Source: Solirubrobacteraceae bacterium
GTDB lineage: Bacteria; Actinomycetota; Thermoleophilia; Solirubrobacterales; Solirubrobacteraceae
Direction: 5' to 3'
DNA: 64,000 nucleotides
Assembly (NCBI GenBank): GCA_050696635.1
Contig: JBOGYE010000259.1
Coordinates: 503-64,502 of the forward strand
A program made the position numbers and the translations under genes. The notes below the pieces were generated by a model that saw only the letters and a program-made list of their open reading frames with translations, did not search any database and was not told the DNA's origin. This document shows, one piece after another, positions 38,734 to 48,042 of the stretch. How positions within the stretch are numbered: position 1 is the first letter of the stretch; each line of letters starts with the position of its first letter.

Positions 38734-40044
38734 GTGAGCGACGGGCCCGAGCGCGAGGTGACCGCTGAGATCGCGCGGCGCAGCGAGGAACTGGTGGCGC
38801 TGCTGGCGGCCCTGGTCGGCTTCGACACCCGCGCGCCGGACCCGGACCTGGCGCCGCGCGACGAGGCCGCGTTGCAGGAGTACATCGCGCAGCGCCTGCG
38901 TGCGGCCGGCCTGGCCGTGGAGCTGTTTGAGCCCGAGGTCGCGCGGCTGCCTTCCAACCGCTACCCGATCCCCGAGCGCTACAGCTTCGCCGGACGCCCC
39001 CAGCTGGTCGCTCGGGCTCCTGGAGCCGGTGGTGGGCGCAGCCTGCTGTTCAACGGGCACGTCGATGTCGTCCCCGCCGAGCCGGTGGCGCTGTGGACGT
39101 CGCCGCCGTTTGAGGGTCACGTTCGCGACGGCCGCCTGTACGGACGCGGCGCCTGCGACATGAAGGGCGGTGTGGCGGCGATGGTGTTCGCCGCCGAGAT
39201 GCTGGCGACAATGGGCGTGGCGCTGCGTGGTGAGCTGATCGTGAACACGGTCACCGATGAGGAGTCGACCGCGGCCGGGGCGCTCGCCTGCGCCGGGCGC
39301 GGCCTGCGCGCCGACGCGGCGATCGTGCCCGAGCCGACCGAGCTGGCGCTGTGGCCGGGCACGCGTGGCTCGCTGATGCCCGAGATCGACGTGCCGGGTC
39401 GCGCCGGTCACGCGGGCTTCCCCTACGCGGAGGACGCGCAGGACGCGCCTGTCAACGCGATCGAGAAGGCGCAGATCGTGCTCGCCGCGCTGCGCGAGCT
39501 GCGCGACGAGTGGAGCGAGCGCCCGGAGCTGCGCGGCTCACCGCTGCAACCCGGGACGATCGTGCCGATCGCGATCGACGCCGGCCAGTGGATCGTGTCC
39601 TATCCGGCGAGCGCGACCCTGCGCTGCCACGTCCAGTATCTGCCCGAGCAGGCCGACGCAGACGGTACGGGCGAGCGCGTGCGGCGGGAGATCGAGCGGC
39701 GCGTTGCGGCCGCAGCTTGCACCGACCCCTGGCTCGCCGCCCACCCGCCGCGGTTCACCTGGCACGGCGACGTGCCGCCTTCGCTGGTCGATCGCGAGCA
39801 GCCGATCTGTCAGACCACGCTCGATGCGATGGCCTCCCTCGGCCTCGGCCGCCGGATCGCGTCGCGCACCACCTGGTTCGACGGCGCCACGTACTGCCGC
39901 TTCGGCACGCCGGCGATCGCCTTCGGTCCGGGCAGCATCGCCCAGGCGCACGCCGTCGATGAGTACGTCCCGGTGCAGGAGCTGGTGCGCGCGGCGCAGG
40001 TGCTGGCGGTCGCCGCGATCCGCTTCTGCGGCGTGCGCGACTGA
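38734..40044 (+). CDS. ArgE/DapE family M20 deacylase
   Basis: LLFNGHVDVVP, YGRGACDMKGG, TDEE, PEPT, FGPG..AHAVDEY. Start GTG 38734. Confidence 0.92.
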   Translation: MSDGPEREVTAEIARRSEELVALLAALVGFDTRAPDPDLAPRDEAALQEYIAQRLRAAGLAVELFEPEVARLPSNRYPIPERYSFAGRPQLVARAPGAGGGRSLLFNGHVDVVPAEPVALWTSPPFEGHVRDGRLYGRGACDMKGGVAAMVFAAEMLATMGVALRGELIVNTVTDEESTAAGALACAGRGLRADAAIVPEPTELALWPGTRGSLMPEIDVPGRAGHAGFPYAEDAQDAPVNAIEKAQIVLAALRELRDEWSERPELRGSPLQPGTIVPIAIDAGQWIVSYPASATLRCHVQYLPEQADADGTGERVRREIERRVAAAACTDPWLAAHPPRFTWHGDVPPSLVDREQPICQTTLDAMASLGLGRRIASRTTWFDGATYCRFGTPAIAFGPGSIAQAHAVDEYVPVQELVRAAQVLAVAAIRFCGVRD

Positions 40045-40046
40045 CC

Positions 40047-40081
40047 GGGGTTTTAGGAACGCATGGAGTCCCTAACACCCC
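40047..40081. terminator. Hairpin between convergent genes
   Basis: ggggttttaggaac-(7 nt)-gtccctaacacccc, 12/14 complementary. Confidence 0.5.
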
Positions 40082-41307
40082 AAGGCACCTGCCGCCGCGC
40101 CGGCAAGCACGTCGGCTGCGACCTGCGTCGCCTGCACGATCTCGCCGATCTCGGCGCCCTCCTGGGGGGTGTGGCTCTCGCCGCCGTGCAGCGGCACGAA
40201 CAGCAGCAGCGCCGGGACCAGCGCGGCCAGGTGCTGCGCGTCGTGACCCGCCCCGGACCAGGTCTCGACGGCCGGGATCGCGCGCTTGCGCGCGGCCGCC
40301 AGCGCGGCGCCGACCAGCTCGGGGTCCATCGCCACCGGCTGACCGTCGCGCACCAGCGTCACCTGCGCCGTGACCCGGCGCCGGGCCGCGATGTCGTCCG
40401 CTGCCGCACGGATCGCGTCGTCGATCCGGGCCAGCGACTCGAGGTCGGTTCCGCGCACATCGATGCCTACGCGCGCCTCGCCGGGGATCACGCTCAGCGC
40501 GCCGGGGGACACGGCCAGCGTTCCGACGGTCGCGACCGTCTGCGCGGGCTCGGCGCCCGCTGCGGCCTCGACCGCCAGCACCAGCTCCGCGGCTGCGGCC
40601 AGCGCGTCTCGACGCTCGCCCATCGCCACCTCGCCCGAATGGCCCGCCTCGCCCTCGATCCGCACCGAGAACCGCCGCGGTGATGCGACCGAGGTGACGA
40701 CCCCGAGCGTGCGCAGTGCACGGCGCTGCGCGACGTGGACCTCCGCATGGGCGCACCAGCGATGAAGCGGTGGCCTGACCCGCGGCAGGTCGTCGGCCAG
40801 CGCGGCGAGGTGCTGCGCCAGTGCGTCGGCGGCGCCGACCCCGTCCGCGTCACGGATCGCCGGCAGCGCCGAGGCGGTCAGCGTGCCGGCCAGCAGACGC
40901 GAGCCGATCGTGCCGGCGCCGAACCGCGGCGCCTCCTCGGCGGCGCACACCAGCAGCCCGCAGCGGGCACCGCCCGTCGCGGCGTCGCCGCCCGCGCACA
41001 GGTCGGCCGCGAGCTCGAGCCCGAGCACGGTTCCCAGCGCGCCGTCGTAGCGCCCCCCGTCGGGCACCGTGTCGACGTGCGAGCCGGCGGTCACGATCGG
41101 CCCGGACCAGTCGGCCGGGAGCGCCCACAGGTTGCCGTGCTCGTCGATCCCGGGATCGAGACCCTGCTCGGATGCCCAGCCCGCCACCATCAGCATCGCC
41201 GCCGATTCCGGGGCTGAGTATGCCGGCCGCTGCGCGCCGCCCGCCGGGCCCTTGGCGATCACCCACAGCGCTTCGAGGCGGCGCTCGATCCGGGCCTCGT
41301 CAGGCAA
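40072..41307 (-). CDS. M20 N-carbamoyl-amino acid amidohydrolase (carbamoylase/allantoate amidohydrolase family)
   Basis: GSHVDTVPDGGRYDGALG, AEE..RF, EVHVAQ, GHSG, SGAGHDA, SHTPQE. Confidence 0.9.
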   Translation of the reverse strand: MPDEARIERRLEALWVIAKGPAGGAQRPAYSAPESAAMLMVAGWASEQGLDPGIDEHGNLWALPADWSGPIVTAGSHVDTVPDGGRYDGALGTVLGLELAADLCAGGDAATGGARCGLLVCAAEEAPRFGAGTIGSRLLAGTLTASALPAIRDADGVGAADALAQHLAALADDLPRVRPPLHRWCAHAEVHVAQRRALRTLGVVTSVASPRRFSVRIEGEAGHSGEVAMGERRDALAAAAELVLAVEAAAGAEPAQTVATVGTLAVSPGALSVIPGEARVGIDVRGTDLESLARIDDAIRAAADDIAARRRVTAQVTLVRDGQPVAMDPELVGAALAAARKRAIPAVETWSGAGHDAQHLAALVPALLLFVPLHGGESHTPQEGAEIGEIVQATQVAADVLAGAAAGALGC

Positions 41308-42370
41308 GGGCCCACCGCGCCAGCGGTTTGCCCAGCATCGCCTCCACCTCGGGATACACGCTCGGCTCGCGAACCCCGTCGCCGAGTGGCACGTTGGCCT
41401 TGGGCACGTGCAGCACCGCCACCTCGTCGCCCGGTCGCAGGTTGGCGATGGAGATGATCCGGCCGGTCTGCGTCGAGATCGTCGCCAGCACGTCGGGGAA
41501 GGTCGCCAGCCGCTCGCCGCCGGAGTCCGCGCACAGGTACTCGTTGACGAACCCCAGCTCCAACTCTCCCACCTCGACCGTGCCGATGTCGAACGCGTTC
41601 TCGGTCCGCAGCTGGCGGCTGCGCACGGGGCCGGCGGTCAGGATCGTGGCACCCAGGTGATTGGCGGTGGCGTCGATCATTCGCGCCGGTCCGTCCGGCT
41701 CGGCGGCGAGGATCGCCTGGCCCAGGTCGATCGCGAAGCTGATCGCGCCGACGGCCGCGTGCTCGGCCACGAACGACGCCGGCAGCGGGTTGCGCGCGCA
41801 GGAGATGAACCCGCCGGACTGGTCAGATGCCGTGCGCAGCACGTTGGCGGTGTGGCGCACGGTCCCGCGCGTGACCACCTCGAGGTAGCGGTTCTGGGAG
41901 CGGTTGCCGCCGGCGACCGCCTGCACCGTCTCGTACTCGTCGTCGGCGGCCAGGCCGAAGGACCCCATCTTGCCGGTCGGGTGAGCGCGCCCGTCGCCGG
42001 CGGCGTCGACGACGACCGTGCCCAGAACGGCCGACGCCACCCAGCCGTTGCAGGTCGTCGACGAGCCGTTCTGGGCGGTGACGGTTCCGATGATCGGCTC
42101 GGCGACGGCCTCCATCAGCAGCTCCAGCGCGCGCACGTAGTCGCCGGGACGCATCTCCCAGTCGGTCGCTGCCGGAGCGCCGATCGCCGACACGGTGGCC
42201 AGCATGTCGTCCGGATCGAGCTCGTCCAGCGTCACCAGCCGCGGGGCGCCGTACTGGACGGCGGTCGTGCCGACGAGCATCCCGTGGTCGACCCAGCCGC
42301 CGCCGCCGGCGGCGAGCACGGAACCGCCGGCGACCGCTGCGTGAACCGCGTGCAGATCGAGCTCCCTCAT
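41300..42370 (-). CDS. DUF917 family protein, putative thiohydantoin-propionate desulfhydrase
   Basis: GGSVLAAGGGG, VSAIGAP, VVDAAGDGRAHP, NEYL, TFPDVLAT. Confidence 0.85.
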   Translation of the reverse strand: MRELDLHAVHAAVAGGSVLAAGGGGWVDHGMLVGTTAVQYGAPRLVTLDELDPDDMLATVSAIGAPAATDWEMRPGDYVRALELLMEAVAEPIIGTVTAQNGSSTTCNGWVASAVLGTVVVDAAGDGRAHPTGKMGSFGLAADDEYETVQAVAGGNRSQNRYLEVVTRGTVRHTANVLRTASDQSGGFISCARNPLPASFVAEHAAVGAISFAIDLGQAILAAEPDGPARMIDATANHLGATILTAGPVRSRQLRTENAFDIGTVEVGELELGFVNEYLCADSGGERLATFPDVLATISTQTGRIISIANLRPGDEVAVLHVPKANVPLGDGVREPSVYPEVEAMLGKPLARWALA

Positions 42371-44001
42371 GCCGCCGGCCCCACGCTCGCCAGTCCGAGC
42401 TCGTGCTCGGCGGCTGCCTCGCGTGCCTGCACGCAGCCGGCGTCGGCGTGACGCAGCACGCCCAGCGCCGTGTCGACGTGCAGGGCGGCACTCAGGCGCG
42501 CCGCCGAATCCTCAGAGCCGGTGGCCACGACGGTCATGCCCGCACTCTGCGAGTAGCCGGCGTAGCCGCCGCCGCCTGAGTGCAGCGCCACCAGGTCGGC
42601 GCCCGCCGCCGTATTCAGCAGGGCATTGAGCAGCGGCCAGTCGCTGATGGCGTCCGAGCCGTCCGGCATGCCCTCGGTGATGATGTTCGGGTGGGTCATA
42701 GCTCCTGAGTCCATGTGATCGCGGGTGAACGCCACCGGCGCCCGCAGGCGCCCATCGGCGACGGCTTGGTTGACGGCCAGGCCGAGCCGCGCGCGCTCGC
42801 CGTGGCCGAGCCAGGCGATCCGCGCGGGCAGCCCCTGGCGGACGACGTGCACGCGGGCCAGGCCGATCCAGTCGGTGATCCGCGGCACGTCTGCGAACAG
42901 CTCCAGGCAGAGGTCGTCGACGGCATCGAGATCGGCGTCGTCGCCGGACAGGCAGATCCAGCGAAACGGGCCGATCCCGCGGCAGAACAGGGGCCGTAGG
43001 TAGCGCGCGGTGAAGATGTCGAGGCTGAGCGCGTCGCCCAGGCCCCCGGCCGCGGCCTGGGGGCGGATGTTGTTGCCGTAGTCGAACACGACCGCACCGC
43101 GCTCGCGCAGGTCGAGCATCGCCTGCATGTGGCGGACCATCGTCGCGAGCGCCAGCGCCTCGAGCTTGCCCGGATCGCCGGTCCGCAGCGCCGTCGCCTG
43201 GGCCGGCTCGATCCCGTCGGGGAGGTAGCCACTGCGCAGATCGTGGGCGGCGGTCAGGTCGGTGACCACGTCGGGCACCACGTCGCGCGCCAGCAGTTGC
43301 TCGAGCAGCACCGCCGCGTTGACCGTCACCGCGACCGCCAGCGCCCGGGCGCCGGCGCGCGCGTCCAGCGCGGCGTCGAGCGCCTCGTCGATCTGGTCGG
43401 TAACGAGGTCCACCGTGCCCGCCGCCTGCCGGCGCCGGGCCTTGTCGGCATCGACCTCGGCGATCAGGCTCACCCCGCCGAGCATCCGCGTGATCGCGAC
43501 CGGCTGCGCCGAGCCCATCCCGCCCAGGCCGGCGCTGGCGACCAGCCGGCCGCGAAGGCTGCCGCCGAAGTGCTCGCGCGCGACCTGGGCGAAGGTCTCA
43601 TACGTCCCCTGCAGCACGCCCTGGGAGCCGATGTACTGCCAGCAGCCGGCGGTCAGTCCGCCCCAGACCAGCAGCCCGCGCCGTTCGAGCTCGTAGAACA
43701 CCTCGGGGGTGGACCAGCGCCCGACCAGGTTGGAGTTGGCCAGCAGCACCGCCGGCGCGCGCGGTCCCGTCGGCAGCACCGCGATCGGCTTGCCCGACTG
43801 CACCACCAGGGTCTGTCCGTCGCGCAGCTCGCGCAGGGCCGCGACGATCGCGCGCAGGCTGTCGTGATCGCGCGCGGCCTTGGCGTGGGCGGCGTAGACG
43901 ACCAGGTTGTCCGGATCCTCGGCGATCGCGAGGTTGTTCTCGAGCAGGCGTAGGATCGCCTCCTGGCGCCAGCCACGGCAGCGCAGGGGCGAGTCAGGCA
44001 C
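42367..44001 (-). CDS. Divergent urocanate hydratase (putative thiourocanate hydratase)
   Basis: Urocanase fold (QSGKP, QGTYETF, GLGGMG, GLPARIAW, DWPLLNAL) with altered active-site motifs VYAAHAKAAR, WGGLTAGCWQY, RDHMDSGAMTHPNIITE. Confidence 0.9.
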   Translation of the reverse strand: MPDSPLRCRGWRQEAILRLLENNLAIAEDPDNLVVYAAHAKAARDHDSLRAIVAALRELRDGQTLVVQSGKPIAVLPTGPRAPAVLLANSNLVGRWSTPEVFYELERRGLLVWGGLTAGCWQYIGSQGVLQGTYETFAQVAREHFGGSLRGRLVASAGLGGMGSAQPVAITRMLGGVSLIAEVDADKARRRQAAGTVDLVTDQIDEALDAALDARAGARALAVAVTVNAAVLLEQLLARDVVPDVVTDLTAAHDLRSGYLPDGIEPAQATALRTGDPGKLEALALATMVRHMQAMLDLRERGAVVFDYGNNIRPQAAAGGLGDALSLDIFTARYLRPLFCRGIGPFRWICLSGDDADLDAVDDLCLELFADVPRITDWIGLARVHVVRQGLPARIAWLGHGERARLGLAVNQAVADGRLRAPVAFTRDHMDSGAMTHPNIITEGMPDGSDAISDWPLLNALLNTAAGADLVALHSGGGGYAGYSQSAGMTVVATGSEDSAARLSAALHVDTALGVLRHADAGCVQAREAAAEHELGLASVGPAA

Positions 44002-45373
44002 CGGCCGCGGTCCTCGCCGGGGCGCCAGCGGGGGCCCCGGCCCATGCGCCGGCGGCGGACCCCGCCCGTGCGCCGGCGGCCGGCACGAAGCTGCCGTCGC
44101 CCGGGCCGGCCAGCACCCGCTCGCCGTCCCACACCTGACGTCCGCGGCTGAACGCCGCGATCACGCGGCCCCGCACCCGCCGGCCGGCGTACGGGCTCCA
44201 GCCGGCCTGCGTCTGCAGCGTCGCCGGGTCGATCTCCCACTCGGCGCCGGGATCGAGCACGACGATGTCGGCGTCGGCCCCCGGGGCGAGGCTGCCCTTG
44301 CGCGGCCACAGCCCGAACCGCTTGGCGGGCTGCTCGCACACCAGCCGTGCAAGCTCGCGCGGACCGAGCGCATCGTGCACCAGCGGCACGATCAGCTCGA
44401 CGCCCGGCGCGCCGGACGCCAGCTCGAAGATGTCGGCTCCGTGCTTGCGCTCGATCGGCCAGCCCACGTGGTCTGAGGAGATCAGGTCCAGGCCGTCGGC
44501 CGACATCGTCTCGGCACGCAGCGGCGGGTTGATCTTGCACTCGCCGCCGCGCCTGGCCAGGTCGGTCTGATCCAGCAGCAGGTAGTGCGGGCAGGTCTCG
44601 GCCGACGCATCGACGCCGTCGGCGCGCGCCGCCGCGACCAGTGCCACGCCGCGCGCGGTCGTCACGTGGCAGATGTGGATGCGCACGCCGGTGGCTCGCG
44701 CCAGCTCCAGCACGCGCGCGATCGCCTCGTGCTCGGCGACCGGCGGGCGCGAGCGGGCGTGCGCGAGCGGGTCCGATCCGTTGCCGGCGGCCCGCTCGGC
44801 GGCGATCCCGGCTCGCACGATCTCGTCGTTCTCGGCGTGAATCCCGGCCAGGCCGCCCGCGGATGCGATCGCGGCGAATGCGCGCAGCAGCTGGGCGTCG
44901 GGGATCCGCGGGAAGCGCTGCGGGTGGGTCTCGAAGGTCGACAGCTTGAACGCGGCAGCGCCTGCCTGGACGAGTTGCTGTACGTCATCGATCGGACCGC
45001 GCGGCGGGACCGTCGCCCACAGCGCAACGTCGATCACGGCCTCGCGCTCCACGTCTGCGACCTTGGCCTCGAAGGCCGCAAGCGAGTCCACCGGGCCGCT
45101 CGCGTCGTAGGGCATGTCGACGATCGTGGTCACGCCGCCGGCAGCGGCGGCGCGCGTGCAACGCTCGATCCCCTCCTGCGCGTAGCTGCGGGTGTGGACG
45201 TGGACGTCGACGGCGCCGGGCAGCAGCAGCGCGTCGCCGAAGTCCAGCGGGCCGCCCGCCGGCTCGCCGATCGCCTTGATCGCGCCGTCGCGGACGTGGA
45301 GCCCGGCGCGCCGCGTGCCACCCTCCGGCAGCAGGGTCTTGCCCGAGATGATGTTCTCGCTTGTTGAGATCAA
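43994..45373 (-). CDS. Cyclic amidohydrolase (allantoinase/hydantoinase/dihydroorotase family)
   Basis: DVHVH, GGVTTIVDMP, FKL, IHAEN, ICHV, ETCPHYL, KINPPLR, SSDH. Start estimated at TTG 45373 or GTG 45385. Confidence 0.9.
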   Translation of the reverse strand: MISTSENIISGKTLLPEGGTRRAGLHVRDGAIKAIGEPAGGPLDFGDALLLPGAVDVHVHTRSYAQEGIERCTRAAAAGGVTTIVDMPYDASGPVDSLAAFEAKVADVEREAVIDVALWATVPPRGPIDDVQQLVQAGAAAFKLSTFETHPQRFPRIPDAQLLRAFAAIASAGGLAGIHAENDEIVRAGIAAERAAGNGSDPLAHARSRPPVAEHEAIARVLELARATGVRIHICHVTTARGVALVAAARADGVDASAETCPHYLLLDQTDLARRGGECKINPPLRAETMSADGLDLISSDHVGWPIERKHGADIFELASGAPGVELIVPLVHDALGPRELARLVCEQPAKRFGLWPRKGSLAPGADADIVVLDPGAEWEIDPATLQTQAGWSPYAGRRVRGRVIAAFSRGRQVWDGERVLAGPGDGSFVPAAGARAGSAAGAWAGAPAGAPARTAAGA

Positions 45374-45397
45374 TTGAGGATACACTCTTGGCCAATC

Positions 45398-46975
45398 GTG
45401 GCGACTATCCCATCCAACGAGACCGTTATGTTGAGCGGCAGCGGCCTGACGGTCGACGCCGTGCTGGCCGTGGCCCGGGGTCGTGCCCACGTCGAGCTCG
45501 ACCCGGCGGCGCTGGTCAGGGTCCGAGCTGCGCGTGACGTCGTCGAGCGAGTGCTGGCCAGCGGCGAGGCGGTCTACGGACTCAACACGGGCTTTGGCTC
45601 GCTCTCGGGCCACCGGATCCCGATCGAGGAGCTCAGCGCGTTCGCGTTCGCCGTGGTCGCCGACCAGGTCTCCTCCTATGGCCGCCCCCTGCCCACCGAC
45701 GTCGTGCGCGCGATGCTCGTCTCCCGTGTGAACGGGATGCTGACGGCCGGCGTCGGTGTGCGGCGCGAGCTGATCGAGTCGCTCGTGGCGCTGCTCAATG
45801 GCGGCGTGCACCCGGTCGTGCGGTCGGTCGGGTCCGTCGGCCAGGGCGACCTGACCGAGATGACCGACATCGGCAAGGTCGTGATCGGTCGAGGGTTCGC
45901 GGAGTGCGACGGCGAGCTGATGCGGGGCGGGGAGGCGTTGGCCCGTGCCGGCCTTGCGCCGATCGAGCTGGGGCCCAAGGAGGCGATCGGACTGATCGGC
46001 TCGAACGGCGTGACGATGGGGCTCGGCTCGCTGGTCCTGGTCGACGCCGCCGATCTGCTCGACAGCATGCAGATCGCCGCGGCGCTGAGCTTCGAGGCGT
46101 TCGCCGCCAACCTCTCGGTGATTCACCCTGGCGCCGCCAGAGCGCGACCCCACAGCGGGCTCGTGCTCGCCATGGACCGCCTGCGCGAGCTGCTGGACGG
46201 CTCGGAGCTGTGGAACGCGGGGGCCGCGCGCAACCTCCAGGATCCGCTCTCGTTCCGCTGCGCGCCCCAGACCCACGGCGCCGTCTACAACGCGCTGTCG
46301 GTCGCGCGCGGGCTGATGGAGATCGAGCTCAACTCGGCCGCCGACAACCCGCTCGTCCTGGTCGACGAGGGCGCGATCGTGTCGACCGGCAACTTCGACG
46401 TGAGCTCGCTGGCGCTGGCGTTCGACTACGTACGGCTTGCGATCGCGCACGCGGTCCAGGTCTCCAACGAGCGCGTGCAGAAGCTGCTGTGGCACCACTT
46501 CAGCGGGCTGCCGTCGATGCTCGCCCGACCCGATCCGCCTACCGGCGGGCTGCGGCCGCTGGGGAGATGGTTCGCCGCGCTGACCTCCGAGGCCCGCTTG
46601 CACGCCAACCCGGTGTCGCTGGACTACCGCGGCCAGCTGGCGGAGGGGATCGAGGACCACGCCTCGATGGCGCCGCTGTCGGTCCGCACCACGTCGACGC
46701 TGGTGGCGCTGGCGCACCGCCTGGTCGCCCTGGAGCTGATCATCGCCGCACAGGCCGTCGACCTGCGTGGCGGTCCGGACCGGCTGGGCGCCGGCACCGC
46801 GCGGGCGTACGCGGTGGTGCGAGAGTACGCCGGCACGCTCGAGGACGAGACCGAGTGGAACGCCGACATCGAGGGTCTGGCGACGCTGGTCGGCGACGGC
46901 GCGCTGGCCGGCCGGGTGGCGCGCGTGGCCGGCTCGCGTCCGGCACTGTCCGAGCACGAGCTGCCGGGGATCTGA
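45398..46975 (+). CDS. HAL-family lyase lacking the MIO motif (lyase 3, putative ergothionase-like trimethylamine-lyase)
   Basis: YGLNTGFG, GSVGQGDL, QDPLSFRC, DNPL, GNFD, EDHASM. Start estimated at GTG 45398. Confidence 0.9.
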   Translation: MATIPSNETVMLSGSGLTVDAVLAVARGRAHVELDPAALVRVRAARDVVERVLASGEAVYGLNTGFGSLSGHRIPIEELSAFAFAVVADQVSSYGRPLPTDVVRAMLVSRVNGMLTAGVGVRRELIESLVALLNGGVHPVVRSVGSVGQGDLTEMTDIGKVVIGRGFAECDGELMRGGEALARAGLAPIELGPKEAIGLIGSNGVTMGLGSLVLVDAADLLDSMQIAAALSFEAFAANLSVIHPGAARARPHSGLVLAMDRLRELLDGSELWNAGAARNLQDPLSFRCAPQTHGAVYNALSVARGLMEIELNSAADNPLVLVDEGAIVSTGNFDVSSLALAFDYVRLAIAHAVQVSNERVQKLLWHHFSGLPSMLARPDPPTGGLRPLGRWFAALTSEARLHANPVSLDYRGQLAEGIEDHASMAPLSVRTTSTLVALAHRLVALELIIAAQAVDLRGGPDRLGAGTARAYAVVREYAGTLEDETEWNADIEGLATLVGDGALAGRVARVAGSRPALSEHELPGI

Positions 46976-47694
46976 TGCCGGCCGGCGCGCTCGAGCGAGC
47001 CGTCGAGCTGCTGGCGGCGCTTGGCGACCGTCCCCGTGACCAGACGGTCGCGCAGCTGGCGGGCGCGGCCGGGATGCCGACCAGCACCGCCTACCGGCTG
47101 CTGGGCGAGCTCGAGGCGCACGGTCTGGTCGCGCGTGGCGCCGACAGCACGGTCGCGCTCGGAGCGCGGCTGGTGGCGCTCGGGCGCAGCGCCGAGCAGG
47201 GGCTGCGCGAGCGGCTGGTGGCGCCCGCGGCGCCGGTCATGTCGCAGCTGTGCGCGGCGGCCGGAGAGACGGCGATCCTGACCGCCCCGTGCGCGCTGGA
47301 GGCCCTGGTCCTGCACGTGGTCGAGACCGATGCTCATCCGGTGCGGCTGTCCTACGCGCTGTTCAGGCGCGGACCGTTGCATCTCGGCGCCTCGGGCAAG
47401 GTGCTGGCCGCCTATCTGGAGCCGGCGGACCGCCGGCGGCTGATCGACGCGGTCGGCGCGGAGGCGCTCGACGGCCAGCTGGCCCAGATCAGGGCCTCCG
47501 GCTTCGCGTTCACCGACTCCGAGCTTGACCCGGGAGCGGCCGCCGTGGCGGCGCCGATCCTCGACCGTCGCGGGCGGCTCGTGGCGGGGCTGTCGGTCGC
47601 GGGGCCGGCGCAGCGGGTGATCGAGCAGCGCCCTGCACTCGCGCACGCCGTGCTCGCGGCTGCGGAGCGGATCGCGCGGACGCTGCGCCCGTAA
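46975..47694 (+). CDS. IclR family transcriptional regulator
   Basis: TVAQLAGAAGMPTSTAYRLL, PLHLGASGKVLAA, AVAAPI, LSVAGP. TGATG overlap with lyase 3. Confidence 0.93.
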   Translation: MPAGALERAVELLAALGDRPRDQTVAQLAGAAGMPTSTAYRLLGELEAHGLVARGADSTVALGARLVALGRSAEQGLRERLVAPAAPVMSQLCAAAGETAILTAPCALEALVLHVVETDAHPVRLSYALFRRGPLHLGASGKVLAAYLEPADRRRLIDAVGAEALDGQLAQIRASGFAFTDSELDPGAAAVAAPILDRRGRLVAGLSVAGPAQRVIEQRPALAHAVLAAAERIARTLRP

Positions 47695-47765
47695 CGGCTA
47701 CGGCGTCGCTTGCGATCCGCGCGCGTCCGGTCCTCGAGCTCCCGTGGCTCTCGCAGGCACTGACA

Positions 47766-47900
47766 GACCCGGCCACCGGAAACGTCCCATTCGGGCTGCC
47801 GCAGCCGTCGCGTGGGATGTTCACGGTCCCTGGGAAGGGTCAACATCCCACTCGTCCAGCGGCGCCGGCCGGTTGGGACGTTGACCGACTGACCGGGGTT
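47766..47900. repeat. Structured intergenic element with alternating 9-10 bp inverted units
   Basis: aacgtccca 47781, gtgggatgtt 47812, aacatcccac 47842, tgggacgtt 47874, spaced with a 61-bp period. Confidence 0.55.
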
Positions 47901-48042
47901 TGCGATAGCAACGGGGCAGAAACCGCCGACAAGTAGCCCTGGAACCGGCGATAGACAGCTGACGAGCAAACCTGGTTCGCGCCGCCGCCTCCGGCGTGGC
48001 CGCGCTCCGGACCCCTTGGGCGGTTACAGTCCCCGCCCGGGC

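Noticed and set aside
43994..46957. 987 aa ORF suggesting an amidohydrolase fusion
   Set aside because: The N-terminal half is the antisense shadow of lyase 3; amidohydrolase motifs begin near 45373.
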